DNA from: Candidatus Sumerlaeaceae bacterium
GTDB taxonomy: Bacteria; Sumerlaeota; Sumerlaeia; Sumerlaeales; Sumerlaeaceae
DNA length: 64,000 bases
Direction of reading: 5' to 3'
Assembly: GCA_019695055.1 (NCBI GenBank)
Contig: JAIBAT010000143.1
Span: forward strand, 22,571 to 86,570
Shown: piece after piece, positions 17,303 to 27,024 of the stretch
Layout: the number at the start of each line of letters is the position of its first letter
Numbering within the stretch: position 1 is the first letter of the stretch
Position numbers and translations under genes: made by a program
The notes under the pieces: generated by a model
Database searches by the model: none
Told to the model about the DNA's origin: nothing
The model's input: only the letters and a program-made list of their open reading frames with translations

Positions 17303-18201
17303 CCACCACGTATGCCATCGAAACCCTGGGCCTGGGCCGCATGTTTGGCGGCCGATGGGCCGTTGCCGATCTTCACCTCCAGGTGCCCCGCGGATGCGTT
17401 TATGGTTTCCTCGGGCTAAACGGCGCCGGAAAAAGCACCACCATGCGGATGCTGATGGGCCTGCTTCAGCCCACAAGCGGCTACAGCAGTGTGCTGGGTA
17501 TGAACCCCGCCGTGACCGATCTGGAAGTGAAACGCCGCGTGGGTTACGTCGCCGATTCGCCAAACTTTTACGAGTGGATGACGGTGCGCGAAATCTGCGC
17601 CTTCGTGGCGCACTATCGCAAGGCGGAGTGGGACGACACGCGCGCCAACAAGCTGTTGGATTCCTTTGAACTGCCCCGCAACCAGAAGCTGAAGACGCTT
17701 TCCAAAGGGCAGCGCTCCAAGGTGAGCCTCGCGCTTGCGCTGGGATTCAATCCGGAACTGCTGTTGCTGGATGAACCTACCGGAGGGCTCGACCCAATCG
17801 CGCGGCGTCAGTTCATCGAGGGCGTCCTTGCCGAGTACATGGAGGGCGACCGCACGATCCTCATCAGTTCGCACCTCATCAATGAAATATCCGGACTCGT
17901 GGATTACGTCGGCATCATCCGTGACGGCCAGCTTATCCGGAGTGAACCCGCGGACAAGCTGCTGGGTGGGCTGCGCCGCGTGAAACTGCACTACGACATC
18001 CCTGCGCCAGGAGCCTATGCCTGCACGGGCCTCCTGCATTCGCGCACGGATGGGCGCGAGGCGCAGCTCATCGTGGATGACTTCGATCCAGAGCGCACAC
18101 CCGCCGAGATTCAGCACCTCGGCGCGTCGCAGGTCGAGATTGAAACCCTCTCCCTTGAGGATGCGTTCATAGAGCTCGCCGGAAAGGCGCCGCAATCATG
18201 A
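17299..18201 (+). CDS. ABC transporter ATP-binding protein
   Basis: Walker A GLNGAGKSTT, signature LSKGQRSKV, Walker B LLLLDEPT. 4-nt overlap with the GntR gene. Confidence 0.9.
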   Translation: MTTTYAIETLGLGRMFGGRWAVADLHLQVPRGCVYGFLGLNGAGKSTTMRMLMGLLQPTSGYSSVLGMNPAVTDLEVKRRVGYVADSPNFYEWMTVREICAFVAHYRKAEWDDTRANKLLDSFELPRNQKLKTLSKGQRSKVSLALALGFNPELLLLDEPTGGLDPIARRQFIEGVLAEYMEGDRTILISSHLINEISGLVDYVGIIRDGQLIRSEPADKLLGGLRRVKLHYDIPAPGAYACTGLLHSRTDGREAQLIVDDFDPERTPAEIQHLGASQVEIETLSLEDAFIELAGKAPQS

Positions 18202-19757
18202 CGAATCCACGAGCCACGAATGGGAAAGCCGCCAGCGTGTGGCGCGCGCCGGTTCGTTTGCCGTCGGTGCCCCTGCTGCGCGCGTCGGGCATCATCGGCA
18301 AGGACCTGCTCCGCTATTGGCCATTTCCCGCGTTTCTCGCTGTCATGACCTGGGGCGCGATCCTGCTCATCATGATTTCGCCGCAGGGGTTGCGCAATGT
18401 GGAGCTGTTCCAGGCCGCCACCCAGTTCCAACAGATGCTTGTTGTTTCGGCCTACGCCATTGGGCTCGCGGTGATGTTCGAGGAGCGGGAATCCAAGTCG
18501 TGGATGCTGTTCCGCCTGCTCCCCTGCCGTCCGGGTGTCATCCTGTTCCAGAAATTGGTCGCGGCCATCCTGTTGCTCGCCTTTTACTTTGTCTGTGCCC
18601 TCTTCCTGAGTTGGCTGCAAACGGGTGGGCGGGTTTACGAGATCAGCGGTGGCGCCATCAGCTTTGCGAGTGCGCTGAAACGCGGCGGCGAACCCGAAGC
18701 CATCATGGCGGTTGTAGCCGCCCTGGTCACGGGCCTTGCGCTGCCCTTGCTGCTGCCGCCCAACCTTACCGTCGTGGCCATCGCAGGCCCGGCATCGCTG
18801 GGGTTGTTCATCTACGCCGTGCAGTTCCTGTGGGGAAGCCCATTCTTCCCACCCACGCGGGCTGAGGGCGCCCTCAGCATTACGTTGTTCATATGGTCCG
18901 TCGTGATGTTTGCCATCATGGTTCATCGCCTCTACAAGCCCAACTTCAGCCTTTCAGATGAAGTGCCGGAACTGCAGGTGGTTCAGGTGGCCAACGATCG
19001 TGTTTCAAAGAAACCTTTTGATCATCCGGTGGATCACCACCTGCGCTATCCGTTTCTTGCAGCCTTGGTGGCAGCGCTCTTTGCCCCGCTTCTCTTTGAG
19101 GAAATCGAAAAGTCGGAAGGCGCCTTTGCGCTCATCCTGATGCCGGTTCTGGGCGCGTTAATCGGAATTGCTGTCATCTCAGATGCAGAGCGCGTTTCCG
19201 ATCGCTTTGCAATGTATGGGCTTCCCATCTCCCGGAGCCAGATTTTCTGGCCGCGCATTCGCGCGCTGGCGGGGCGATGTGCCATTCTCTATCTCGCGTG
19301 GATTTTTGGCGTGATCATGGCGGGCAGCTTGAGCAAAAACTCATCCTGGCAGGCATGGTCCTTCGGGTTGATTGCTTTTGCCGGCCTTTTCTCCGCAGCG
19401 CTTTTGGGCTTCCTTTTTTCGCTGTTCGTACGCTTGAAGCTTGTAGCGCTTATTCTCACGGGAAGCTTGGAGCTCGTTTGGTGCATTGCCTTTGGAACCA
19501 TGCTTCTTGGCGGTTATGATGAATTCATTCCCATAGGCCCAGGCGAGGTCCCTGTTTATATTGGCTGGGCACTCATTGTCATGCTGGGTCTGCCCCTTCT
19601 CGCGCTTTATCTCGCCTTTTGCCGATCGTATCTCCTCGAAACTTCCGAGGGTCGGCGCGGGCTGGTGCTGCTGATTGTCGGCTTCTTCCTGCAAGTCTGG
19701 GGTGCAACGCTACTCGTGACGTCGCCTTACTATCTCTATGTCGTGATCTTTGGATAA
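18198..19757 (+). CDS. ABC-2-like membrane permease (apparent internal duplication)
   Basis: About 12 TM helices. Two similar segments, EERESKSWMLFRLLPCRPGVILFQK and DAERVSDRFAMYGLPISRSQIFWPR. 4-nt overlap with the ATPase gene. Confidence 0.65.
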   Translation: MTNPRATNGKAASVWRAPVRLPSVPLLRASGIIGKDLLRYWPFPAFLAVMTWGAILLIMISPQGLRNVELFQAATQFQQMLVVSAYAIGLAVMFEERESKSWMLFRLLPCRPGVILFQKLVAAILLLAFYFVCALFLSWLQTGGRVYEISGGAISFASALKRGGEPEAIMAVVAALVTGLALPLLLPPNLTVVAIAGPASLGLFIYAVQFLWGSPFFPPTRAEGALSITLFIWSVVMFAIMVHRLYKPNFSLSDEVPELQVVQVANDRVSKKPFDHPVDHHLRYPFLAALVAALFAPLLFEEIEKSEGAFALILMPVLGALIGIAVISDAERVSDRFAMYGLPISRSQIFWPRIRALAGRCAILYLAWIFGVIMAGSLSKNSSWQAWSFGLIAFAGLFSAALLGFLFSLFVRLKLVALILTGSLELVWCIAFGTMLLGGYDEFIPIGPGEVPVYIGWALIVMLGLPLLALYLAFCRSYLLETSEGRRGLVLLIVGFFLQVWGATLLVTSPYYLYVVIFG

Positions 19758-19779
19758 CCCCATGGAAAGGAAACCCACC

Positions 19780-21654
19780 ATGCGACGCATCGAACACATC
19801 TGGCAGCGCGGGTTCACCTGGGCCGTGCTGGGGCTCTCCATATTTTACGCGCCGTTTGTCGTGCTGGGATTGCAGGGGCGCGTGGATCCTAAGTTTGCAC
19901 CGCTGATGCGGGAACGGCTGCGGAGCGATTTGTTTGGAAAGGATGCCAGGGCGTTTGCCGGAGCGGCGCGGCCGTTGGCAAATCAGTTGCAGGCCCGAGG
20001 CGTAACCTGGCGTGAAACAAATCGCCTTTCATTGAACCCTTATGTTGGAATTGTTCCTGTCGGGGAGAAGTTGGTTGACCGCTTCAAAGTTGCCTACCAT
20101 CAGGAACTGAACGACCTGATCGAAGCGAGCCGGACAAACAACGAAGAGGCCACGATGGGGTGGCGGGATTTTGCCACCCTCATCCGTCTTCCAGCCATGA
20201 TTACTGCCTTTGCGGCCCGAGAGGCATCGTCGGGAAACTGGCACGAGGTTATGAAGTGGGAGAAAGTCCTCGTGCAAATCCAACAGATCTCTGCCAGGGC
20301 CAACCCCGGCGCGTCCTTTATCCAGACCTCGCTGTCTGGCTTTTACCTGTCACTCCTTCGGGCCCAACCCGATACCACCGCCACAAGGGAGCTGCTGGCC
20401 AACTTGGACCGGCTCGTGTTACCTCCGAAACCGGGTGAACACCCATTGAGGGGAATCCTGTATTCCAGTCTCGTTGATGCCGAGTACTCGGAATGGGGGC
20501 TTCGGGATATTGCCGACAACGTGCCGTTCTCGGAGTCCTTCATTTCCGGTGCCCTGTCCTTAAACGCTCTTGGGAGCATTCAGGCCTTTGCCACCAGCAA
20601 TCTTAACCCAATTTTGGTGGCCGGAAGCCCATGGAACGGTGGCTGGTCCAGAGCCATTGGTTTGAACGCTTTCGTCCCAGGGCGAGTAGCTGCGGCGCAG
20701 CGCCGTTCAGCGGTCCTCGTCAACAGGCACGGTGCCCTGCAACAGGACCTTGCCGAATTTGACGGCCTCATGGAAGGCTTCTCACGCCGCGATCTCATCG
20801 CATGGCTCTACTCCGCTGCAGTAGGTTCGCGTTTTTTTACGGATTCCAGCGGATACAACCTAACCGGCGTGACAACCATGCACCTCACCCGGCTCGCTTA
20901 TGCAGCTCGACTCTACCGGTTGGAAACGGGCCACTGGCCGGAGTCCCTCAAGGATCTCGCACCCAAATACATTGCGGAATTGCCGCAAACCAGGAGCGCC
21001 TTGGAAATCGTCCCTGTGCCTCCCAGCTTTCACGATTTACTGGCGGCGCCGGTCAAGCCACTTGGCCCCATCAAGGGTAGCCTGTTTGATCTCACGACCG
21101 ACACAGCAAGGGATCTAGTCTCTAGTATCCTCAGACGTCCAAGTGAACTCGAACAGCGTCGTGGGGATGGCATCGTCATCAGCAATATGGAGAAGCAACC
21201 CGGCGGAAAAATACTGGTTGGGGTGGTTCTTTCAAATGCTCAAACAAGATTTGACATTGGCAGCCAGCAACTACATGTGGACATCCTGCTTAAATCCCCA
21301 TCGTCCAATGTGACCACAGCAACCTCCTGGGCACTCCCGACTCAAACATTAGAGAATCCCAATCCCCAGTGGAAGGCCATCGATGCCGCGACCGCGTACA
21401 AGATTACGGCCGAGGAAGACCAATTCGAGAAGGAGAGCGCGCGCAGGCGAAACGTCAACGAGCCTGCTCCGGTGAGGATGCCCCGCGAAGAATTTGCGTC
21501 GGCAGAGATTCGACTCAGCATTCTCCTTCCGGACAAAATCTACGCCATCTGGTCCGCCGGAACGGACGGCGTAGATAACGGCGGCCCATCAGCCAGCCTT
21601 AGCATTCTTGGTCAAAACGTTTCCGATTTCGTGGTCTATCCCCAGGTCTGGTAG
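19780..21654 (+). CDS. hypothetical N-terminally anchored protein
   Basis: ATG at 19780 preceded by GGAAAGG. N-terminal TM helix (FTWAVLGLSIFYAPFVVLGL). C-terminal segments WPESLKDLAPKYIAELP and IYAIWSAGTDGVDNGG resemble GspG-type pseudopilin motifs. Confidence 0.55.
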   Translation: MRRIEHIWQRGFTWAVLGLSIFYAPFVVLGLQGRVDPKFAPLMRERLRSDLFGKDARAFAGAARPLANQLQARGVTWRETNRLSLNPYVGIVPVGEKLVDRFKVAYHQELNDLIEASRTNNEEATMGWRDFATLIRLPAMITAFAAREASSGNWHEVMKWEKVLVQIQQISARANPGASFIQTSLSGFYLSLLRAQPDTTATRELLANLDRLVLPPKPGEHPLRGILYSSLVDAEYSEWGLRDIADNVPFSESFISGALSLNALGSIQAFATSNLNPILVAGSPWNGGWSRAIGLNAFVPGRVAAAQRRSAVLVNRHGALQQDLAEFDGLMEGFSRRDLIAWLYSAAVGSRFFTDSSGYNLTGVTTMHLTRLAYAARLYRLETGHWPESLKDLAPKYIAELPQTRSALEIVPVPPSFHDLLAAPVKPLGPIKGSLFDLTTDTARDLVSSILRRPSELEQRRGDGIVISNMEKQPGGKILVGVVLSNAQTRFDIGSQQLHVDILLKSPSSNVTTATSWALPTQTLENPNPQWKAIDAATAYKITAEEDQFEKESARRRNVNEPAPVRMPREEFASAEIRLSILLPDKIYAIWSAGTDGVDNGGPSASLSILGQNVSDFVVYPQVW

Positions 21655-21696
21655 TCGCTTCCCACGAGAATGTTGGGCTTACTGGAGCCGCTCCAA

Positions 21697-22662
21697 CTAA
21701 CTCGTTGGCACTACTGAGATTGTTTCCCCTGCATCCCCCGAAGCTTCCTCATCCGCGCGGGATTGCTCGATGAGGATGACTGCGGCGAGTATCATGAGTG
21801 ATCCGGCGATTTGAGAGGGGGCCATGGCCTCGCCGAGGATGATCCAGGCGAGGGTGCCGGCGATGACTATCTCGAAGGAGCAGGTGATGGTGACCGCCGT
21901 GGCGGAGATGAAGCGCAGGCTGTAGAAGAAGCAAATGATGGGGACAAGCCCGAGGACAAGAGTGTAGCCGAGCATGTACCAGACCACTTCGCGATTGGGA
22001 AACGCGGCGATGAGTTTCGTGTGGGACTGGAAGAGGAGGTACATCAGGCTCGACGCGAGAAAGGTGTGCGCGGTAAAAGCGAGTGGGTTGTAGCGGCTAC
22101 CGAAGCTCTTGGAAAAGGTTGATACGAAGGCGAACGTGAATGCGGCCCCGCCCGCCGCGGCAATGCCGAGGGCATCAAATACAAACTTGCCGCGGTGAAG
22201 GCCGGTGGCAAAGACGCATCCGGTCATGCTGGCAACGACGGCGACCACCTTTTTCCAGTCCACTTTTTCCGTGCCGCGCCAGCGGTTCCAAATCAGCACA
22301 ATGGCGGGGGCCGCGTATTGCAGTGTTACACCCATGACGGTATTGGTGCGCTGGATGCCGACGTTGACCAGGTAGCTGCTGCCGGCGATGCCGATGGCGC
22401 CGAGAAGGGCAAACCGCCAAATGTCGCGACGCTGGACGCGCAACAGAGTCGGGCGCACGATGGCCAGGCCGAGCGCGAGGGCGAGCCAGGAGACGACGTG
22501 GGATGCCTGGGCCAGGGAGAGGGCGTCGACCTGGCGGAGGATGACGCGGCCGGCGACAACGGACGTGGCCCAGAAGATGGCGGCGGTGGTGACAAGGCCG
22601 AACCCGATGAGCCGATGTCTGACGTTTTGGGCGTGGGCCGTGGGGGCGGCTCCGTCGCTCAA
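21697..22662 (-). CDS. EamA/DMT family transporter
   Basis: 10-TM protein built from two EamA-like halves. 4-nt overlap with gatB. Confidence 0.8.
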   Translation of the reverse strand: MSDGAAPTAHAQNVRHRLIGFGLVTTAAIFWATSVVAGRVILRQVDALSLAQASHVVSWLALALGLAIVRPTLLRVQRRDIWRFALLGAIGIAGSSYLVNVGIQRTNTVMGVTLQYAAPAIVLIWNRWRGTEKVDWKKVVAVVASMTGCVFATGLHRGKFVFDALGIAAAGGAAFTFAFVSTFSKSFGSRYNPLAFTAHTFLASSLMYLLFQSHTKLIAAFPNREVVWYMLGYTLVLGLVPIICFFYSLRFISATAVTITCSFEIVIAGTLAWIILGEAMAPSQIAGSLMILAAVILIEQSRADEEASGDAGETISVVPTS

Positions 22663-24098
22663 CTTTGCAGCTTGCGGTTGATCAATTCGTTGACAAGGGC
22701 GGGGTTGGCCTTGCCGCGGGACTTCTTCATGACCTGGCCGACGAGGGCCTGGATGGTCTTGGCGTTGCCGCCCTGAATCTTGGCGACCATGTCGGGGTTC
22801 TCGGCGATGGCCTCATCCACGAACTTCTCGATCTCGCCTGTGTCGCTGACCTGGAGCAGGCCTTCGGACTGAACGATTTCCTCGGGTGCGCGACCGGTCT
22901 CGACGGCTTTCGCGAAAACGTCCTTGGCAATCTTGCCGCTGATTTTGCCCTCGTCGATCATGCGGACGATGGAGGCCAGACCCTCGGACTTGAGGGGAAA
23001 CTCGTCGGCCTCGACGTCGCGGGCGTTGAGTTCGCGCAGCACCTCGGTCATCATCCAGTTGCTGAGAGACTTGGGGTTCTTGTGGGCTGCCACGGCGTGT
23101 TCGTAGTAGGTGGCGGTCTTTTTGGCGGAGGTTAGGACGCGGGCGTCATACTCTGGGAGGCCGTATTCCTCGACGAAGCGGCGGCGCTTGGCGTCCTGAA
23201 GTTCGGGGAGGTGGGCGCGCACTTCCTCGCGCCATTCGGGGGTGATGTGGACTTCCACCAGGTCGGGATCGGGGAAATAGCGGTAATCGTGGGCGTCTTC
23301 CTTGGAGCGCATGGCGCGGGTGGCACCGACGGCCTCGTCCCACAGGCGGGTTTCCTGGATGATCTTCTCACCGCGGTTGAGGGCATCGGACTGGCGACGG
23401 GTTTCATACTCGATGCACTTGAGGGCGGTCTTCATGGAGTTGAGGTTCTTGATTTCGACCTTGGTGCCGAGGGTCTTGGTGCCAACCTCGCGGACGGAGA
23501 TGTTCACCTCGAAGCGGAGGCGACCTTCCTGCATCTTGCAATCGCTGACCTCGATGTACTCGAGGAGGTTCTTGAGGGTCTGCATGTAGGCAAGGGCCTC
23601 GTCGGCGTTGTCGATGTCGGGCTCGCTGACGATCTCGATGAGGGCCGTGCCGGCGCGGTTGAGGTCCACGAGGGAGTAGTCGGCACCGGGGATATCGGGA
23701 TGGATGAGTTTGCCGGCGTCCTCCTCGAGGTGGACGTTGTTGATGCGGACGCGCTTGGTGGTGCCGTTGACGTCGAGGTCCACGTAGCCGTTGAGGCCGA
23801 GGCTGGCGTAGTTCTGGGAAATCTGGTAGTTCTTGGGGAGGTCGGGATAGTAGTAGTTCTTGCGGTCGAAGACGGTGCGCTCGGTGATTTCGCAGTTTAG
23901 GGCGATGGCGGTGCGGATGGTGTACTCGATGGCCTGGCGGTTGAGGACGGGGAGCACGCCGGGCATGCCGAGGCAGATGGGGCAGACCTGCGTGTTGGGC
24001 GGCGCGCCATAGGTGATGTCGCAGCCGCAGAAGATCTTCGTGGCCGTGGAAAGCTCGGTGTGAACTTCAAAGCCGATAACTGGTTCGTAAGTTGCCAT
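22659..24098 (-). CDS. gatB: Asp-tRNA(Asn)/Glu-tRNA(Gln) amidotransferase subunit B
   Basis: MATYEPVIGFEVHTELSTATKIFCGC...YYPDLPKNYQISQ is canonical GatB. Confidence 0.95.
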   Translation of the reverse strand: MATYEPVIGFEVHTELSTATKIFCGCDITYGAPPNTQVCPICLGMPGVLPVLNRQAIEYTIRTAIALNCEITERTVFDRKNYYYPDLPKNYQISQNYASLGLNGYVDLDVNGTTKRVRINNVHLEEDAGKLIHPDIPGADYSLVDLNRAGTALIEIVSEPDIDNADEALAYMQTLKNLLEYIEVSDCKMQEGRLRFEVNISVREVGTKTLGTKVEIKNLNSMKTALKCIEYETRRQSDALNRGEKIIQETRLWDEAVGATRAMRSKEDAHDYRYFPDPDLVEVHITPEWREEVRAHLPELQDAKRRRFVEEYGLPEYDARVLTSAKKTATYYEHAVAAHKNPKSLSNWMMTEVLRELNARDVEADEFPLKSEGLASIVRMIDEGKISGKIAKDVFAKAVETGRAPEEIVQSEGLLQVSDTGEIEKFVDEAIAENPDMVAKIQGGNAKTIQALVGQVMKKSRGKANPALVNELINRKLQS

Positions 24099-24220
24099 GA
24101 ATGGCCCAAGATGAACGGCGGAATGGCGGACGCAACGATGAAATTGGGGGGCAAGATTCTATTGAAAGCCGCATATGGGGCCTCATCGTGGGGGAAAATA
24201 CCAATGAGGTGGGACTTACC

Positions 24221-25729
24221 ATGAGCGCCAACGCCGCGAAGCCGAGGGTTTTCAAGAATTTCATTGCCGGGAAGTGGACGGCAGACGGAACGAAGGGGCA
24301 TTTCGACAACATCAGCCCGGCGGACACGCGGGACGTGGTGGGGCAATTCCCATCGGCGGGCTCCGAGGAAGTGATGGAGGCGGTGGCCGCGGCGAAGGAG
24401 GAGTATGCGCGTTGGCGGCTGGTGCCGGCGCCGAAGCGGGCGGAGATCATCCGGCGGGCTGGCGACATCATGTCGGCGCGCAAGGAAGAGATCGCGCAGC
24501 TCATGACGCGGGAAATGGGCAAAATCGTCGTGGAGACTCGCGGCGATGTGCAGGAGGGCATCGACACGGCGTACTACTCGGCGGGCGAGGGCCGGCGGCT
24601 GTTCGGCGATACGGTGCCGTGCGAGCTGCCCAACAAGTTTGGCATGAGCGTTCGCATGCCTGTGGGCGTGTGCGGGATGATCACGCCGTGGAACTTTCCG
24701 ATGGCCATCCCGACATGGAAGATTTTCCCTGCGCTGGTTTGCGGGAATACGGTGGTGTTCAAGCCCGCGACGGACACGCCGGCGACGGCAGTGATGTTCG
24801 TGGAGGTGCTGCTGGAGGCGGGAGTGCCGGAAAAGGCGATCAACCTGGTTTGCGGTGGCGGCAGTAGCGTGGGGAATGCGCTTGTGGAGCACCCTGACGT
24901 GCCGGTGATTTCGTTCACGGGGTCCTCGGACGTGGGCAAGCGGATTGCGTCGGTGGGTGGACAGCAACTGAAGCGGATCTCGCTGGAGCTGGGTGGGAAA
25001 AACGCCATGATCGTGATGGACGACGCGGACCTGGATCTCGCGCTGGAAGGCGCGGTTTGGGGTGCGTTCGGAACCACTGGGCAGCGCTGCACGGCGACGT
25101 CACGGCTTATCGTGCATGAGAAGATCGCGGACAAGTTCACGCAGCGGGTCATTGATCGTGTGAAGAAGCTGCGCGTCGGGAATGGCCTGAAGGACGGCAT
25201 CGAGATGGGGCCATGCGTGAGCCAGGGACAACGCGAGAGCGTGAAGCAGTACGTGGAAATCGGCAAGAACGAGGACAAGGCGACGCTGGCGCTGGGCGGC
25301 AATGAACTGACGAGCGGCGATCACGCGCACGGGTGGTTCTTTGAACCGACAATTTTCACGGATGTGAAACCCAACATGCGCATCGCTCAGGAGGAGATTT
25401 TTGGGCCGGTGCTGAGCGTGATCCGGATCAAGGATTTCGACGAGGCCATCAATGTGCTGAACGGGACGATCTACGGGCTGAGTTCGTCAATCTACACGCG
25501 CGACGTGAACGCGGCGTTCCGTGCGATTCGTGACATCGAGGCGGGAATCACTTATGTGAACGGCCCGACCATCGGCGCGGAGGTACAGTTGCCATTTGGT
25601 GGCGTGAAGGCCACGGGCAACGGGCACCGCGAGGCGAGCCACACAGTACTGGATACGTTTACGGAGTGGAAGAGCGTGTACGTGGACTACAGCGGCAAGT
25701 TGCAACGCGCGCAGATTGATATCGAGTAG
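24221..25729 (+). CDS. NAD(P)-dependent aldehyde dehydrogenase
   Basis: ITPWNFP, FTGSSDVGKRIA, ELGGKNAMIV and GQRCTATSRLIV (catalytic Cys). RBS GAGGTGGGA before ATG 24221. Confidence 0.9.
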   Translation: MSANAAKPRVFKNFIAGKWTADGTKGHFDNISPADTRDVVGQFPSAGSEEVMEAVAAAKEEYARWRLVPAPKRAEIIRRAGDIMSARKEEIAQLMTREMGKIVVETRGDVQEGIDTAYYSAGEGRRLFGDTVPCELPNKFGMSVRMPVGVCGMITPWNFPMAIPTWKIFPALVCGNTVVFKPATDTPATAVMFVEVLLEAGVPEKAINLVCGGGSSVGNALVEHPDVPVISFTGSSDVGKRIASVGGQQLKRISLELGGKNAMIVMDDADLDLALEGAVWGAFGTTGQRCTATSRLIVHEKIADKFTQRVIDRVKKLRVGNGLKDGIEMGPCVSQGQRESVKQYVEIGKNEDKATLALGGNELTSGDHAHGWFFEPTIFTDVKPNMRIAQEEIFGPVLSVIRIKDFDEAINVLNGTIYGLSSSIYTRDVNAAFRAIRDIEAGITYVNGPTIGAEVQLPFGGVKATGNGHREASHTVLDTFTEWKSVYVDYSGKLQRAQIDIE

Positions 25730-25840
25730 CCCTTTACGATTAAGGGGCTATAAGGGGTTCCAAGGGGTCGTGGGGGAATAGGCAGGCGCGTTTTCGCGGG
25801 GTAGGGTCGTGCGCAACGACTTTAGAAGGAGTGTTTGCGC

Positions 25841-26455
25841 ATGACATGGACGATTACCCCGAAGGCGCTGCAACTGCTGCTGGATTTTGAGGTGGGCGGC
25901 GGGCAGACTTATTATGAGAGGCACCTCAGGCATCCGACGTGGCCTGGGGGTGATTCCGGGGTTACGATTGGGATTGGGTATGACCTCGGATACTGTACCC
26001 GCGTCGAATTCCAGTCTGACTGGCACGGATTGGACATGGCGTCCCGCAGCGGGCTATTGTTGGTCCTGGGCATTAAGGGCAGCGACGCTCGTGAGTCGTT
26101 GCCTGCGGTGCGCGAGTTTGTGATCCCGTGGCAACTTGCGTTGAGTGTTTTCATGGAGACTGTCCTGCCGCGTTGGTTCCAACGAGCTCGGGCGATTTAT
26201 CCCGGGTTGGAGTCTCTGCCCGGCGACGCACAGGGTGCGCTTGTCAGCCTTGTCTATAATCGTGGATCCAGCCTGACGGGACCGCGGCGGGCGGAGATGC
26301 GCGAGATTCGGGATTTGGTTCTGTCCGGTGACCTTGTGGGAATCGCGCGGCAAATCCGACAGATGAAGCGATTGTGGGCGGGGACATCCATCGAGAGTGG
26401 CATGGCCCGACGCCGCGACGCCGAGGCTGATCTGGTTGAACACGCTGCCGACTGA
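25841..26455 (+). CDS. pesticin/T4-lysozyme-like muramidase domain protein
   Basis: LLLDFEVGGGQTYYERHLRHPTWPGGDSGVTIGIGYDLGY resembles the pesticin C-terminal lysozyme family. AAGGAG RBS. No signal peptide. Confidence 0.5.
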   Translation: MTWTITPKALQLLLDFEVGGGQTYYERHLRHPTWPGGDSGVTIGIGYDLGYCTRVEFQSDWHGLDMASRSGLLLVLGIKGSDARESLPAVREFVIPWQLALSVFMETVLPRWFQRARAIYPGLESLPGDAQGALVSLVYNRGSSLTGPRRAEMREIRDLVLSGDLVGIARQIRQMKRLWAGTSIESGMARRRDAEADLVEHAAD

Positions 26456-26458
26456 GAG

Positions 26459-26866
26459 TCAGCGCCAGATGTCGGGGTTCGTTTCCTCGGGGAGGCCGTG
26501 GGATAGCTCCATGATGCGGTCCACCAGGTAGCCGGGATTGCGCGAGAGGGATTCGAGGCGTTTGCGCAACTCATCGCGCGTGCCGTGAAGGCAACTGTTG
26601 GAGGCGTAGCCAGCGGCGCGGGATTTCATAACGCGGACGGAAATGAAGCGCTTCTTATCGAACTCCGGGTCGAGTTTGGCGTTCATGTTCATGACAATCA
26701 TTTCAACGAGGCCTGGGCGAGAAAGGTCTGGGTCGCCGAAATGGTACTTTCTTGAGACGCGGAGGTCGGGAAAGGAACCGGATTCCGGGACATGGGCATC
26801 GTACCGGCCAAGGATCTCGCCGATCATGTCGGTGACGGTGGTTTCGAGGTCGTCGTGGATGGTCAC
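26459..26866 (-). CDS. hypothetical protein
   Basis: 135-aa ORF with protein-like composition, convergent with the muramidase gene with 3 nt between the stops. No recognisable domain. Confidence 0.5.
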   Translation of the reverse strand: MTIHDDLETTVTDMIGEILGRYDAHVPESGSFPDLRVSRKYHFGDPDLSRPGLVEMIVMNMNAKLDPEFDKKRFISVRVMKSRAAGYASNSCLHGTRDELRKRLESLSRNPGYLVDRIMELSHGLPEETNPDIWR

Positions 26867-27024
26867 AAGGCGATGGTTACCGCGGCGGGCAATCTCCCAT
26901 TCCCGACTGGGGGAGTTTCAGGAGCGGAATTCCCGCAAGTCTTGCTGGAAATCGCCAATTGGGGGTGATTGGGTCTGGCCTGTGTTGAAGTGAATCCCGC
27001 CATTCCAAGAAGGACCAGAAGCCA

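Noticed and set aside
26867-27024. Pho box upstream of the phosphoesterase genes
   Set aside because: No CTGTCAT-type direct repeats are present. The regulatory logic in this phylum is unknown, so I make no call.
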